A DNA stretch of 64,000 bases, from the IMG/VR virus record IMGVR_UViG_3300037247_001689, positions 32,001 through 96,000 of that record; one strand, written 5' to 3'. Under the pieces are notes generated by a model. That model was not told the DNA's origin. It did not search any database and saw only the letters and a list, made by a program, of their open reading frames with translations. The position numbers were made by a program, and so were the translations under genes. Of this stretch, positions 43,909-54,848 are shown one piece after another. Position 1 is the first letter of the stretch; each line of letters starts with the position of its first letter. The stretch is from a virus.

Positions 43909-44798
43909 TGACAAAAGAAACGGATGAACTAGCGAGTGATTACACAGAAGCTTCTTTGATTTTAGCTGAACAGACAACACAGGTGGGAAGTGGGCTTTAT
44001 CAACTAAACGATAAAATCGATTATGAAGAAAATTATCCGAACGGCGTGATTGAATTTTTAAAAACAGATGAAGTGAAACAAATAGCAGATTTAGCGGGTG
44101 TAATTCCTGAATCTATTCAACCGCCAATCGTAATCACTGATGCATTAATAGACCGTGTTAACGAGATATTCGAAGTCGATATTCTAAATCTAAGCAGTGT
44201 TGAAAAAACATTATTGAGTTCAGAAATCCAAAACATTATAAATGATATCCCCATCCCAACGCAAGATATTATCACCACATGGGCCGAAAATTACTCTAAA
44301 TTTGTTGCTGCAGCTGCAGAGGGCAGTATTATCATTCCATCAAAATTCAGAACCGTTCAAATCGCTTCAACAGATATCAGCTTAGACGCTTTTATCAAAA
44401 GAACGAATACAAGAAAAGTCGTTATTATCGGGTTAAATAAACTATCTTATCCCCACATAACAAGACGTTTTAAAGTTCCAGGTGTTTTACAAGCAACTTT
44501 AGTTTCTGCAACGGGATTAACCAGTGATGATAATATTTTATTCACTTCTCTTAGTAAAGAAATTGGTGCCGGTGAAGTTAAAAAAGGTAATTCTGTCATC
44601 ATTACCAACAACGCTCAAAGTACTGATCAATTAAAACAACAGAAAACAATTCTCGATTATGTAGATGAAGATAGCGGATTTATAAGAATTTCTAATCCAT
44701 TGCCGTTTGATTTAGATGATACATTTGATGTAAAAATACATCAATTCTCTAAAGATCAAATTCTCGCTCACCCAGAATTTATTAAAATACCGATATAA
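43908..44798 (+). CDS. putative baseplate protein (degenerate LysM-like)
   Basis: IIGLNKLSYPHI...FIKIP motif; context. Confidence 0.5.
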   Translation: MTKETDELASDYTEASLILAEQTTQVGSGLYQLNDKIDYEENYPNGVIEFLKTDEVKQIADLAGVIPESIQPPIVITDALIDRVNEIFEVDILNLSSVEKTLLSSEIQNIINDIPIPTQDIITTWAENYSKFVAAAAEGSIIIPSKFRTVQIASTDISLDAFIKRTNTRKVVIIGLNKLSYPHITRRFKVPGVLQATLVSATGLTSDDNILFTSLSKEIGAGEVKKGNSVIITNNAQSTDQLKQQKTILDYVDEDSGFIRISNPLPFDLDDTFDVKIHQFSKDQILAHPEFIKIPI

Positions 44799-44801
44799 AT
44801 T

Positions 44802-45158
44802 ATGGAAAAATCAATATTCCTTATCATTACAATTTTGTCAGTTGCTTCATGCTCTTACAATTTAGTAGATGCCCCGAAACATAAGACGGATTATATTAAA
44901 AATGTAATCAGTTGTGATGCGAGAACGACAAAATACACGCTCTTAAATCCAGATGAATTGGCGGAATATTTACAAGATGATGATCATGGCTCTTTTTGGA
45001 TAAAATACGAGATTAATAAAACGAAAGAAAAAAGGAAGATTAATATTTACAGGTTCATATTAAATGATGCATCCAATTATTCTGTGTCATTCGAAAGAAA
45101 AACATTCCCTTATTCTGAGTGTAGGAAGATTAAAACTAAACTAAAATATCTAAAATGA
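44802..45158 (+). CDS. lipoprotein
   Basis: MEKSIFLIITILSVAS-C lipobox. Confidence 0.65.
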   Translation: MEKSIFLIITILSVASCSYNLVDAPKHKTDYIKNVISCDARTTKYTLLNPDELAEYLQDDDHGSFWIKYEINKTKEKRKINIYRFILNDASNYSVSFERKTFPYSECRKIKTKLKYLK

Positions 45159-45529
45159 CAGCGGGTGCGAATTTTGAGATCGTAAATAATAGAGTTCAGT
45201 TCTGGAAAACGTTGGTAACGGGTGATAAATTAATCACCCAGGATCATGAGGCTAGATTTGGCCAGCGACAAGGCTCATATAATCCTGAGCAACAATACGG
45301 AAACCCTTATGTAAACACATTATCTGACGACTCAATCAGTGAAACAGAACGAGACTTATTGCTTGTTTCTCAAACAAAAGAATGTTCATTACAGGATGAC
45401 AGAATCATTGACGCGGTTGTCGATACAACATCAATAGTTAGAAAAGGGACAGAAATATCTTTCAAGTACAAACTTTTTAAAACTTCAGGTGGTTCAATTC
45501 AGAGAGATTTTAGCAGTGACAACAATTAG
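45155..45529 (+). CDS. gp25/GpW-like baseplate wedge protein
   Basis: GSYNPEQQYG, LQDDRI; directly before the J-like gene. Confidence 0.7.
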   Translation: MTAGANFEIVNNRVQFWKTLVTGDKLITQDHEARFGQRQGSYNPEQQYGNPYVNTLSDDSISETERDLLLVSQTKECSLQDDRIIDAVVDTTSIVRKGTEISFKYKLFKTSGGSIQRDFSSDNN

Positions 45530-46655
45530 AACAAAAGATGATTATGTAGCGAAATCAATTGAGGCGATTGAACAACGAACCCCTTCTGATATTCAAAATG
45601 AAACTGGTTTTGATTTCAGAAAAGCAGCGCCACTCCGTTCATATGTTGAGGGCCTTTCGATTGTCGTTGCGGTTTCTGATCAACAAAACGAAGCTGAAGT
45701 TAAAAAACAAGCGAGGGAGTCGTTATTTTTCTTGGCAGGGGTCGAAACATTTACCGCAAGTAAAGCAAGCGGGGCATTATCAATTACTTCGACACAGGCA
45801 ATAACAATACCAGCCGGTGAACCCGTATACTCAACAGAATTTGGTACCAGAGTTGGTGAAGTAATCATAGAAGTAGTATTCGCAAGTGCTGAAACATTAG
45901 ACGTTGATATGATTTCTGATGAAGCAGGGGCTGATGTCGTTTTTGTACAGAATGATCTTTTTATACTTGCTGATAATCAATCAGGTGGAAATCTAACAAT
46001 TATTAATAACGGAGCTGATGAAGAATCAGACTACGACAGGTCAAAACGGATAAGATCAGCACTGCTCGCAAAAACAAGTGGAACTGTTCAGGCGCTTACA
46101 GATGCGGCCAATAACACGGTATTGATCGATGGTGGCTCAGGGAACATTATTGAAAGTGTTATAAGTGTGTTTATGTCATTTCCATGGAAAGTTCTTGATC
46201 CAAATACAATTGACCCTACGAGATTAGGCGAAATTGTAATGTCGATTCAATCAAGTTTAGGTGTTCCTAGCCAAGACATGCTTGATGCAATAGAACTCAA
46301 CTTGGTCGGTACTGATGAACTTGACCCACAGGGAAGACAAGGAGCTGGTCAAAATGTATTATTATTGCCAGTTGAGACAGAAGATGTCGCTTTTTCAGTT
46401 CCTTATAAAAAAGTAGTTGGCGGTGATCATTCTCAAGTCACGCTCGATATCCAAGGTCAGATTACAACATTTGTTGATTCACTAGTACAAGGACAAGACC
46501 TTGTACCGACTAATTGGCAAGCAGCGATATCAGGTGATAATAAACCGGATGATGTTGATTATTATGATGAAGGAAATCTAACACCTTCAACAGTTTTGCC
46601 GATTGATACCGACAAGATTTGGAATATTACAGCAATAGTAGTCACGGAAATATAA
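45516..46655 (+). CDS. baseplate J-like protein
   Basis: DF..APLRSY.E, ASG, IPAG, NGADEESD...R..SGT..AL. Confidence 0.9.
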   Translation: MTTIRTKDDYVAKSIEAIEQRTPSDIQNETGFDFRKAAPLRSYVEGLSIVVAVSDQQNEAEVKKQARESLFFLAGVETFTASKASGALSITSTQAITIPAGEPVYSTEFGTRVGEVIIEVVFASAETLDVDMISDEAGADVVFVQNDLFILADNQSGGNLTIINNGADEESDYDRSKRIRSALLAKTSGTVQALTDAANNTVLIDGGSGNIIESVISVFMSFPWKVLDPNTIDPTRLGEIVMSIQSSLGVPSQDMLDAIELNLVGTDELDPQGRQGAGQNVLLLPVETEDVAFSVPYKKVVGGDHSQVTLDIQGQITTFVDSLVQGQDLVPTNWQAAISGDNKPDDVDYYDEGNLTPSTVLPIDTDKIWNITAIVVTEI

Positions 46656-47441
46656 ATGCTTGGAATTGAATTATCGATAAGAGATTATAGAGATCTTCTA
46701 ATTAAGCAAATGCCGGGATGGATGGAGCTTAATGATCCAGACTTATTAAATTATTTCTCTCTTTCCGGCTTTGATTATTTCGAAAAAGAAGGTGTAATTG
46801 TTGTTGACGGCACAGAATACGACCGGTTTGAATGGACATTAGGCGATTTTAAAACAGATTTAGGGATTGCTGGAACAGGTAATTATGATGACTGTATAAT
46901 TGATATAATAGAAAATATAGATTCAGATGATAATGTTTTTATCTATACAAATCCAAATTATATCATGCTGGATTCGATGGCGACTATCATTAAGAAAAAA
47001 GATGATAGAAGAAATCTATTGATAACAGAAATGAATCCTTATCTTGCAACAGTTGACGGATTATTATTGTTCTGGGAAGCAATGTTTCAAAGTACCAGAG
47101 GTGTAATTGATGCGGTTCCTGAAACGGATGCTGAATACATGGCAAGAGTGATATCATTATTATTCGGAGCCAGTACATCTTTAGTCGTTGTAAGAGCTGT
47201 TTTTGAAAGACTTGGTTTAATTAATTTTACAATTGAAGATTCAAGGAAGGACACTTTTAAATGGAACTTAAAAGCTGAAGCGATGTCTGTTAATTTACAC
47301 ATGCAGCAAGCAGATATCGGAAAAATACCACTGATTAAAAACGTGTTTTTAAATATCACTTTAGCTGGAATGAGATTATTTATATTTGTTGATGGAATTG
47401 GATACGCTTCATCATATGGGGCATCATACGGAAACTCATAA
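46656..47441 (+). CDS. baseplate I-like wedge protein
   Basis: ETDAEYMARV, AGMR motifs; follows J. Confidence 0.65.
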   Translation: MLGIELSIRDYRDLLIKQMPGWMELNDPDLLNYFSLSGFDYFEKEGVIVVDGTEYDRFEWTLGDFKTDLGIAGTGNYDDCIIDIIENIDSDDNVFIYTNPNYIMLDSMATIIKKKDDRRNLLITEMNPYLATVDGLLLFWEAMFQSTRGVIDAVPETDAEYMARVISLLFGASTSLVVVRAVFERLGLINFTIEDSRKDTFKWNLKAEAMSVNLHMQQADIGKIPLIKNVFLNITLAGMRLFIFVDGIGYASSYGASYGNS

Positions 47442-47453
47442 TTAAAAAATAAA

Positions 47454-49133
47454 ATGGTAGCTGATTTAAATCCTGCGGGAACAACAAGAACAACAAAATC
47501 TGGCCGTGGAAGACACTTGCCAAATCTTTTGGATTTTTGGAATCATAAATGGTTTCAGGAATACATGGATGATTTTTTAGACAAAAATGTTCTTGAAAAT
47601 AACGGTATTGTTTCAGGATGTGTTATATCTGATGGTGGTGGAAATTCAATTGATTGTACCAGTGGAGAAGCATATATCAACGGTGTACCTATTACAGTTG
47701 CGACACCAGCAAACTTCCCGACAACTGGTGATGGCTTTTATGTTGCTCATGTGAATAGTAGCGGAACGGTTGTTTATACAAAATATACGGATATAACGAT
47801 TCAAAATGCAGTTACTCCTGACAATTCCGCATTAATCGGTTTTGCAATTGTTGGACAAGCTGCTTTTACTCTGTTTAGTTATTATAATGATATTGTTAAT
47901 TTAAACGGGGCAGTTGGAAATATAACCTCACCTCTTTGCGCAATAGATTTTTCTAACGGGATCAATTTTCAGGGCTCAGGAGAAATTACACACGTAAGCC
48001 CCGCCGGTGCAACATATATCGAAGAACCAACCAAATTATTAAAAACGGTTTCCGGTGCTAATGAATTTAGAACTGAAAAAGATGGTGGAATTCGTATGGG
48101 TGCTGCAGAGAATATATGTTTGCAGAGTGAGGATTATACAACAACGTGGCAAACTCAAAGATTAACAGTCACTGCTAATGCAGCTACAGCACCAGATGGG
48201 CTAGCGACCGCTGATAAACTTCATCAAACAATAGAAGCTAGTACTCATTATATTAAACAAAATATCACTGGCGATACATCAGAAGTGCATACTGAAATGG
48301 TATTTGCAAAGGCTGATGAGGTTGATCAATTATTAGTAAGGGTTACTGATATCAGTATTGTTAATTATGTACACGCAACATTTAATTTAACTACTGGCAC
48401 AATAGTATCATCTGGTGATTTTGGAAATGGTGTTTTCAAAGCTGCTGGTATTATTCCTTTAGCTGATGGTTGGTATTTATGTATTCTGATTGGAGCACCA
48501 GAACTAGTTGATTCAGGGACTATTACAGTATATCAACAACTGGTAGGTGAAAGCGATTTGAATGCAACTGATGGTCTGTATTTGTGGGGCAATGATTTAA
48601 AACAATTACCACTCGCAACACCATATATACCTACTACTGTAGCCCCTGTTACACAAACGGCAGACTCAACACTATTGACAACGGTTGGAAATGTACCTGA
48701 TTTAAATAGTGATTTTGGTGTAAAATGGGATATGCTTCCAATGGGACAGCATGTTGGAATTGGTCCAGATAAATATGTTTTTTCGATTGCGGGTACTTTA
48801 GGTTTTGAATGCAGGTTATCCAATACGGTAGATAACAGAATCATTCTGTATTGGGACGGCGCTGAGATTGGTAATGATTTATTCCCTGCTGTAAACAATG
48901 ATTTTTTAATATTAAGAGATTATGCAATTCATAGAATTGGCGACACCTTATATGGTTACGTTGACCATATTTTATCAGGTTCAAAAGTAATTTCTGATAT
49001 AGTTAATCCAAATTATCCAACAAATATAGGTTTTGGTAATGATTCATCAGGGAATAGAGGTGCGTATTTTAGAAATAATTATTTTAAATTTTATAAAATA
49101 GGATTCGCAGGATCGGAGGAGCGTATATCATGA
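47454..49133 (+). CDS. tail fibre/receptor-binding protein
   Basis: NICLQSEDY..W..APDG..TAD..DGWY..YLWG..ATPYIPT fibre domain plus LamG-like C-terminus. Confidence 0.75.
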   Translation: MVADLNPAGTTRTTKSGRGRHLPNLLDFWNHKWFQEYMDDFLDKNVLENNGIVSGCVISDGGGNSIDCTSGEAYINGVPITVATPANFPTTGDGFYVAHVNSSGTVVYTKYTDITIQNAVTPDNSALIGFAIVGQAAFTLFSYYNDIVNLNGAVGNITSPLCAIDFSNGINFQGSGEITHVSPAGATYIEEPTKLLKTVSGANEFRTEKDGGIRMGAAENICLQSEDYTTTWQTQRLTVTANAATAPDGLATADKLHQTIEASTHYIKQNITGDTSEVHTEMVFAKADEVDQLLVRVTDISIVNYVHATFNLTTGTIVSSGDFGNGVFKAAGIIPLADGWYLCILIGAPELVDSGTITVYQQLVGESDLNATDGLYLWGNDLKQLPLATPYIPTTVAPVTQTADSTLLTTVGNVPDLNSDFGVKWDMLPMGQHVGIGPDKYVFSIAGTLGFECRLSNTVDNRIILYWDGAEIGNDLFPAVNNDFLILRDYAIHRIGDTLYGYVDHILSGSKVISDIVNPNYPTNIGFGNDSSGNRGAYFRNNYFKFYKIGFAGSEERIS

Positions 49134-49477
49134 TGACAATAACACATTGCAAAAACACTTCAGCATTAATGTCTGAAGTAAAAGAAAAGTTTCCAGAATT
49201 TGAAAACGAGGGAAGTTTTTTAATCAGGGAGAAAAAACCGCATTCAGTAAAAAAAGGTAATGAAACATTGAATCGTTGTCGGTTTTCAGAAAAAGAATTG
49301 GAAATGGTTAAACAGTTGAAAAATTTAACATTACTTGGTGATTACGAAGAATGTTTTGCTAATCCTGAATCAAAAGAAATTTATGACAGAATCTGGGAAT
49401 CTGGGAAAATAATTGATGAAGAAACAGGACAGAAAAAACCTGTTGAATTTTCAAGATTTTTAGGTGAAAAATATTAA
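49130..49477 (+). CDS. putative fibre-associated small protein
   Basis: Between the two fibre genes, GGAGGAG SD. Confidence 0.6.
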   Translation: MMTITHCKNTSALMSEVKEKFPEFENEGSFLIREKKPHSVKKGNETLNRCRFSEKELEMVKQLKNLTLLGDYEECFANPESKEIYDRIWESGKIIDEETGQKKPVEFSRFLGEKY

Positions 49478-49488
49478 AATAAAACATT

Positions 49489-50967
49489 ATGGCTAAAACA
49501 TTACCACTAGATTCATCAAAATTTCCAAGCCTTGCGACGTTGGCGGAATATGTTAAGTCAATAACGCTTACATCTTCTCAGATTAATGACGAGCCAACAA
49601 CAAGGTCTAATGCTGATATTGCTCTAGATTTAAAGATTAACACTAATGTGCCAGATATGGTTGTCTTCACTTCATCAGAATTGAATAATTATTCAGATGA
49701 TGCGCGGTATGTAAGATATGATCAAGGAACAAAAACGTTCAAACAAAAAGGTGGTTCTACTAGAACCCCAATAACAGGCGACTGGACGTTAATCAAATCA
49801 ATTGAAACGTTAACAGCTTCACTTAATTTCCCAGTAGGTTATGACCGAGGAAAAATAATAACGGATCGGCACTTTGAAATCCCCGTTGGAAATAAAGGAA
49901 GTGGGGAGCCATATGAGATATTTATAGGCGGTGATAATGCGGATTGTAATTTTATTTTAGACAAAGATTATACTGATTTAAGTTTATCATTAACGGATGA
50001 GCAAAAAAGAACGGTCAAAAACAGAGGTTCAGGCAATAGAATCATATTAAATAATAGACAGATTTTTTCAGGTAATCGACCCATAGAATTTAACAGTCCA
50101 GTTATTATTAATGATCCCTACATAATCAGCCAGAACGGCTTTAGTTATCCAGGGTTTAAATTAGGATCACCTGCTAATGATTGCCTATTTACAGACTGGT
50201 GGATTGCGTGGGGAGGACTGGATATCGTTGGCGATGGTTCAATATTAATACCCCCTGTTCATAACCCATTTTCAGGTCCATTGCAATATAAAGTGTTCTC
50301 AGATGATCCAGCGGGTAGATTTTTAAGATATAATACTCCTATCGGTGGTTCAACTGGTGTTGATCCTGATGTACATAGTAGAACTTCACCCTCGACTTTG
50401 GCGACGATAGCAACGTACACATCCAGCGCATCAAATGAAATAAGCGGGATACCAGATGTTGACACTATTAAGTTGAAGATTGGAGCAAGGGTTTTTGATG
50501 CAGGCGGCAGTATACCTCAAAAAATTTCTGGCACACCGAAAACAACAATAATAAAACAAGGTGGTATCGTCCACAACGGACCAGATAATAATTCCATTTT
50601 CCTAATTGATTCAGAAACAGGTGGTGACGTTATTGTATCGGCTACTGGTAATCTTACTATTGATATGTCTGGTAATAGTGGAATCTCTCATCAGATGGAC
50701 GCTGCACAACAAATTACAGGTAGAATGCTTTTCGGGCAGTTAAGTACCGCTGATTTTTGGGGTAAAGCAATACCGTATACCGGCGCGCTTAAAAAGGAAG
50801 CGCCCACTGGGGCCGTTGACAGAACTGCGACTAATCCAGGACAACAGGGTCTTGAAGACGATTTAGTTTTTGATAACTCTTTTTCAACTTTGCCGAACAT
50901 AGCAAAGATAAACCCAGACGAAACCAGAGTTATATCCAATCAACGACATTCATATTTAATAATGTAA
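49489..50967 (+). CDS. tail fibre protein with collar-like domain
   Basis: PAGRFLR and terminal ETRVISN motifs. Confidence 0.65.
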   Translation: MAKTLPLDSSKFPSLATLAEYVKSITLTSSQINDEPTTRSNADIALDLKINTNVPDMVVFTSSELNNYSDDARYVRYDQGTKTFKQKGGSTRTPITGDWTLIKSIETLTASLNFPVGYDRGKIITDRHFEIPVGNKGSGEPYEIFIGGDNADCNFILDKDYTDLSLSLTDEQKRTVKNRGSGNRIILNNRQIFSGNRPIEFNSPVIINDPYIISQNGFSYPGFKLGSPANDCLFTDWWIAWGGLDIVGDGSILIPPVHNPFSGPLQYKVFSDDPAGRFLRYNTPIGGSTGVDPDVHSRTSPSTLATIATYTSSASNEISGIPDVDTIKLKIGARVFDAGGSIPQKISGTPKTTIIKQGGIVHNGPDNNSIFLIDSETGGDVIVSATGNLTIDMSGNSGISHQMDAAQQITGRMLFGQLSTADFWGKAIPYTGALKKEAPTGAVDRTATNPGQQGLEDDLVFDNSFSTLPNIAKINPDETRVISNQRHSYLIM

Positions 50968-50971
50968 TACT

Positions 50972-51418
50972 ATGAAAATAAGAAAAACAGACATACCAGA
51001 GTGTGACACAAGAAAAAAAATTGAAGAGGCTTTGGAAATCTACAAAAAAGATGAAGAATATAGGAATAATATTGGAAACAGAGCACACACAGAACACCCA
51101 AAAATAAGAGAATTGTATTTAAGTGGCGGTGAGTTTGAATTTATCGATAAAACACTGGAAGAAGAAGAAGTAGACGCTATTAAAGAAGCTGAAGAAAAAT
51201 CAGAGAAATCAAAAAAAGACCGGATTATATTAGCTAAAACAGACCCAGTTGCCAGAGATTCATTAATCACTGAGTTAATGACAGAATCAGGATTTTCAGA
51301 AACAAAAACAACATTGGCTTATGTCCAAAAAATGGAAGATAAAAAAGACATGAGCCAATATTTTACTGACAGAGCTTCTAAATTATCAGAAATACAAACG
51401 ATGATTTCAGACGCTTAA
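50972..51418 (+). CDS. putative tail fibre assembly chaperone
   Basis: Charged helical ORF ending the structural operon. Confidence 0.5.
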   Translation: MKIRKTDIPECDTRKKIEEALEIYKKDEEYRNNIGNRAHTEHPKIRELYLSGGEFEFIDKTLEEEEVDAIKEAEEKSEKSKKDRIILAKTDPVARDSLITELMTESGFSETKTTLAYVQKMEDKKDMSQYFTDRASKLSEIQTMISDA

Positions 51419-52800
51419 AAAGAAACTATCTGTCCACATTCTCCTATTGTTTCTGTGGTAATTGGTGTCATTGTGTTAGCATCTGTTATTTTTAATATTA
51501 CTTGTACATTATCAATAACTCTATATGCTCCAATATCCAACGTGTCAGTATCACCTTTATTAACATCAAAACAATCAGGTATTACTTTATAATCTTCTAA
51601 TAAAGTAGTACTTACTTCATTTACAACGTCTTCTTTAGATAATCTAAAAAAATTCTCCGAACCATCATTATTATTCTTTGAATAAAAATATAATTTATTC
51701 CCTGCTTTTATCGTTAAATCAAAAATAGTATGACCTGAATAATTTAAATTTTTATTGATCATGTCGGTTGAATAATTTCCCAGTAAGTATATTTTATCTC
51801 CACAAATCATAATATCATCATCACCTACTATATGCGCTGTGCAACCTGATAATCCAGTGCTTACGTTTATTTTAGTGTAATTTGGGCCACCTTCATTTTC
51901 GTAAGCATATCTTTCTTTATATTGAGCGTATCTAGTGTTTAAGATACCATTATCACCAGACAATCTATAAAATCCTCTTTCGTCTCTAGCCTGAACAAAA
52001 AATCCTGTTTTGTGCGGTATGAAGAATTTTTTTTCATTAATAAATAATTCCTCTGAATGTTCGAAAACTTCACCGCCGTCTGTGATAACCATATCAGGAA
52101 TAATCAAATCAGAACCAGCACTTAATCTAATTTCAGCACCCGTGTCAACCATCACGTCACCGTTTTTATTAAACGATATCTGGCTAATACTACCACCAAA
52201 AACAGATAATGACATCAAACTATTTTTCCCTGAAACCGTATTCTCCTGAACAATTTCACTATCAGTCAAATAATTAATATTATCACCGATTTTTACATAA
52301 TAAGGAGAGTTTCCGAGATTTGAAAGCTTCCTTGGTTCATATAATTCAGGTGCGCATATCTGATCAACTCTGTTAACAATGCAAGTAGCAATTAAAGTGT
52401 CATCAGTGGCATCAATATAAAATGTCAGTGCGATATCATCAGAATACATTACCTTATGCATCATTTTCAACTTATGCGTATCTGGGATTTCAATTTCAAG
52501 CACGAACCCGTCATCCATAGTGAACATATTTCCACCATCGTATGACGCCATCATTATTGACAAACTAGTTGTTGAATCAGATATCGATTCTCCTGGAGGT
52601 ATAAAATCCCTTCTTATAATATTATCAACCCCGTTCAAATTAATTCTAAACGATTCTAAATTAACACTGGAATCACTCGTTTCTTCTTCACAATCACTAT
52701 ATTCACATGGGTCATAAACGTCATCACCTCGGCTACATGACATCAATAATCCGATTGACACAATAAATAATAATATTAAATTTCTCATAGTTTTCTCCAT
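51415..52800 (-). CDS. large lipoprotein (beta-rich)
   Basis: MRNLILLFIVSIGLLMS-C lipobox. Confidence 0.75.
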   Translation of the reverse strand: MEKTMRNLILLFIVSIGLLMSCSRGDDVYDPCEYSDCEEETSDSSVNLESFRINLNGVDNIIRRDFIPPGESISDSTTSLSIMMASYDGGNMFTMDDGFVLEIEIPDTHKLKMMHKVMYSDDIALTFYIDATDDTLIATCIVNRVDQICAPELYEPRKLSNLGNSPYYVKIGDNINYLTDSEIVQENTVSGKNSLMSLSVFGGSISQISFNKNGDVMVDTGAEIRLSAGSDLIIPDMVITDGGEVFEHSEELFINEKKFFIPHKTGFFVQARDERGFYRLSGDNGILNTRYAQYKERYAYENEGGPNYTKINVSTGLSGCTAHIVGDDDIMICGDKIYLLGNYSTDMINKNLNYSGHTIFDLTIKAGNKLYFYSKNNNDGSENFFRLSKEDVVNEVSTTLLEDYKVIPDCFDVNKGDTDTLDIGAYRVIDNVQVILKITDANTMTPITTETIGECGQIVSF

Positions 52801-52841
52801 TTATAAGTTTAATTATTCCTTACTACAATAAAGACTGAATG

Positions 52842-54218
52842 TCAAGATATTAACATAGACGTTTTCTCATCAAGAAAAATTTTCTCAATATCTGTCTCCT
52901 GCTGAACTTTTTCAATTAACTCTGGAATTTTATAAGACATTAATTTCTTAATTCCTGGGATAATTGTGTCTGTCAGAACATCCACATTTTTAGTTATTTC
53001 AAGCGTTTCGTTAAAATTCTTTTCCATCCTGGCTGATAATTTCTGAGCTATTTTTAAACGATTCAATTCTTTTTCTTTCTGTGCAATATACCCTTCAGAT
53101 CCGATATACTTATCAAGTGTAGCGTTAAGATCAGCTTTCTTTTCGGATATCTTTTCATAGCTGTCATCGAGATTTGATACGTTTAAATCTATTTTTTTAA
53201 TAACACCATCCGTATTCTCAAACATGTCTTTGTATCTAAGTAATTCTTCTTTATCATCTTTATGTTTTTTTATCTGATCAACAATGACCTGCTTAACTTG
53301 ATCCAGTTTAGAATTAAGATTACAGATTGTTCCGACAAATGACTCTTTTAGGAAGATTAGTTTTAGTTCTTCTTCGGTTCTGTTATTTTTAACATCGATT
53401 TTTTTTAATTCCTTCTTATCGAGCTTTGACTCCTCTATGCTATCTTTGGTTAGAAAAATAAAAAGCACTGTAGCAGCAAAATTAATAACGGACCATCCAA
53501 TTTGCCCAACTCCACTAGGCGGATAAAGTGAAATAATAAACATCAATACACAAGCAGCAAACATCCAAACGGGAACTCTTAAAATTAAATCTATGATTTT
53601 ACCAGTTTTTATATGTTTACTGACAACACTTTTCTTATTAGACTTCTTCCACTTATTAAACCTTTTCATAATATCAGATTCAATATCAAGCATTTCGTCA
53701 CATTCAAGTATTAGTTTGTCAAATGAAAGGTCTTTATATTTTCCCATATTACCTCTGAATTTTGAAGAGAGTATGGATATTATTTTTTTGTCGTACATTA
53801 ATGAACTTCTCAGTTTTTTTGTTTTATCACTGTCTGGACATCCACAATGGTCAAAGATATATTTTTTAGGCATGTTATCTTTTTCTATATAGTAATCTTT
53901 TTTATCTGAATCACACAAATCATGAACATTACCATATTTTTTGTTAAGAATAGAATACTGATAATTATCCTCATGCACCTTTAGTCTCTCGTTTATTATC
54001 ATTTGTATCTGTTGGATGTCTTCTATCTTTATATAATCAACCCCAATCTCTAATAATCTTTTATTTATTTCTTCTACTCGTTGATTATCAATTATATTCA
54101 TGTATTCCAATTTCGTCTCCTTTTTTGGTTCTAATATTTTTGGCAAATCTTCTTTTGATAACATGTTTAGTGAGTGTTTATTTGTCGGATCAAAACTAAA
54201 TGGTAAAATATTAGCCAT
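52842..54218 (-). CDS. 2-TM coiled-coil membrane protein (start 54218 or TTG 54110)
   Basis: Central TM hairpin flanked by long coiled coils; SD before both candidate starts. Confidence 0.7.
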   Translation of the reverse strand: MANILPFSFDPTNKHSLNMLSKEDLPKILEPKKETKLEYMNIIDNQRVEEINKRLLEIGVDYIKIEDIQQIQMIINERLKVHEDNYQYSILNKKYGNVHDLCDSDKKDYYIEKDNMPKKYIFDHCGCPDSDKTKKLRSSLMYDKKIISILSSKFRGNMGKYKDLSFDKLILECDEMLDIESDIMKRFNKWKKSNKKSVVSKHIKTGKIIDLILRVPVWMFAACVLMFIISLYPPSGVGQIGWSVINFAATVLFIFLTKDSIEESKLDKKELKKIDVKNNRTEEELKLIFLKESFVGTICNLNSKLDQVKQVIVDQIKKHKDDKEELLRYKDMFENTDGVIKKIDLNVSNLDDSYEKISEKKADLNATLDKYIGSEGYIAQKEKELNRLKIAQKLSARMEKNFNETLEITKNVDVLTDTIIPGIKKLMSYKIPELIEKVQQETDIEKIFLDEKTSMLIS

Positions 54219-54369
54219 TTTTACGCTTCGCCTCCAAAACTTCGAAATCAACATATTTACAAATTTCCTCATTCAGACATCTAACTATGTACGGGATATC
54301 TCTTGTCTTGACACCGTTCATATTCGCTTCTTCATTCTTGTTTTCTGGCAGTGTGAATGTCTTATCCAT
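54211..54369 (-). CDS. 52-aa hypothetical protein (not in ORF track)
   Basis: GAGG SD; MDKTFTLPENKNEEAN...; fills the gap between neighbours. Confidence 0.5.
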   Translation of the reverse strand: MDKTFTLPENKNEEANMNGVKTRDIPYIVRCLNEEICKYVDFEVLEAKRKNG

Positions 54370-54375
54370 AATTCC

Positions 54376-54738
54376 TCAGTTGATTATATTACCGGTTTCT
54401 GACATTTCCTCATGTGTTAAATCAGGATTAGAATTGATGCTGATGTTTTTCTCTTTATCGTCCCATGTTATTTGCCAGTATTGATCGTGGAGCCAAATAT
54501 TGATCTTTTTAAAATTACCTTTTTTATGATGATTTTCAATTGAACCCTGTAGTGCTATCCATAAAACAGAACCCATTCTAAGTTGAGCATCATACTGATC
54601 TGTTTTTAACTGGACCGATTTTTTTAGTTCCGCGATTAATTCTACCTGCACAGAACTTCGTTTCTGATTAATGTAGTTTTCAACAAGTAATAATATTATA
54701 AAAATTGACATCAAAATAATTACAAGTCCCATACCCAC
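54376..54738 (-). CDS. membrane-anchored hypothetical protein
   Basis: N-terminal TM segment. Confidence 0.6.
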   Translation of the reverse strand: MGMGLVIILMSIFIILLLVENYINQKRSSVQVELIAELKKSVQLKTDQYDAQLRMGSVLWIALQGSIENHHKKGNFKKINIWLHDQYWQITWDDKEKNISINSNPDLTHEEMSETGNIIN

Positions 54739-54848
54739 CTCTTAAAAGAATTTCAAACCAATCATAATAAATTCATACATAAAATAAACTGTCAGTAAAA
54801 AAGGTAGTCCTGCGTATAAAATTACTTTGATTGACTTGGTTAGTTTGT

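Noticed and set aside
2181-54121. Recurrent AGGAGACGAA/CGTCTC motif
   Set aside because: Nearly always directly before a start codon, so best explained as an extended Shine-Dalgarno.
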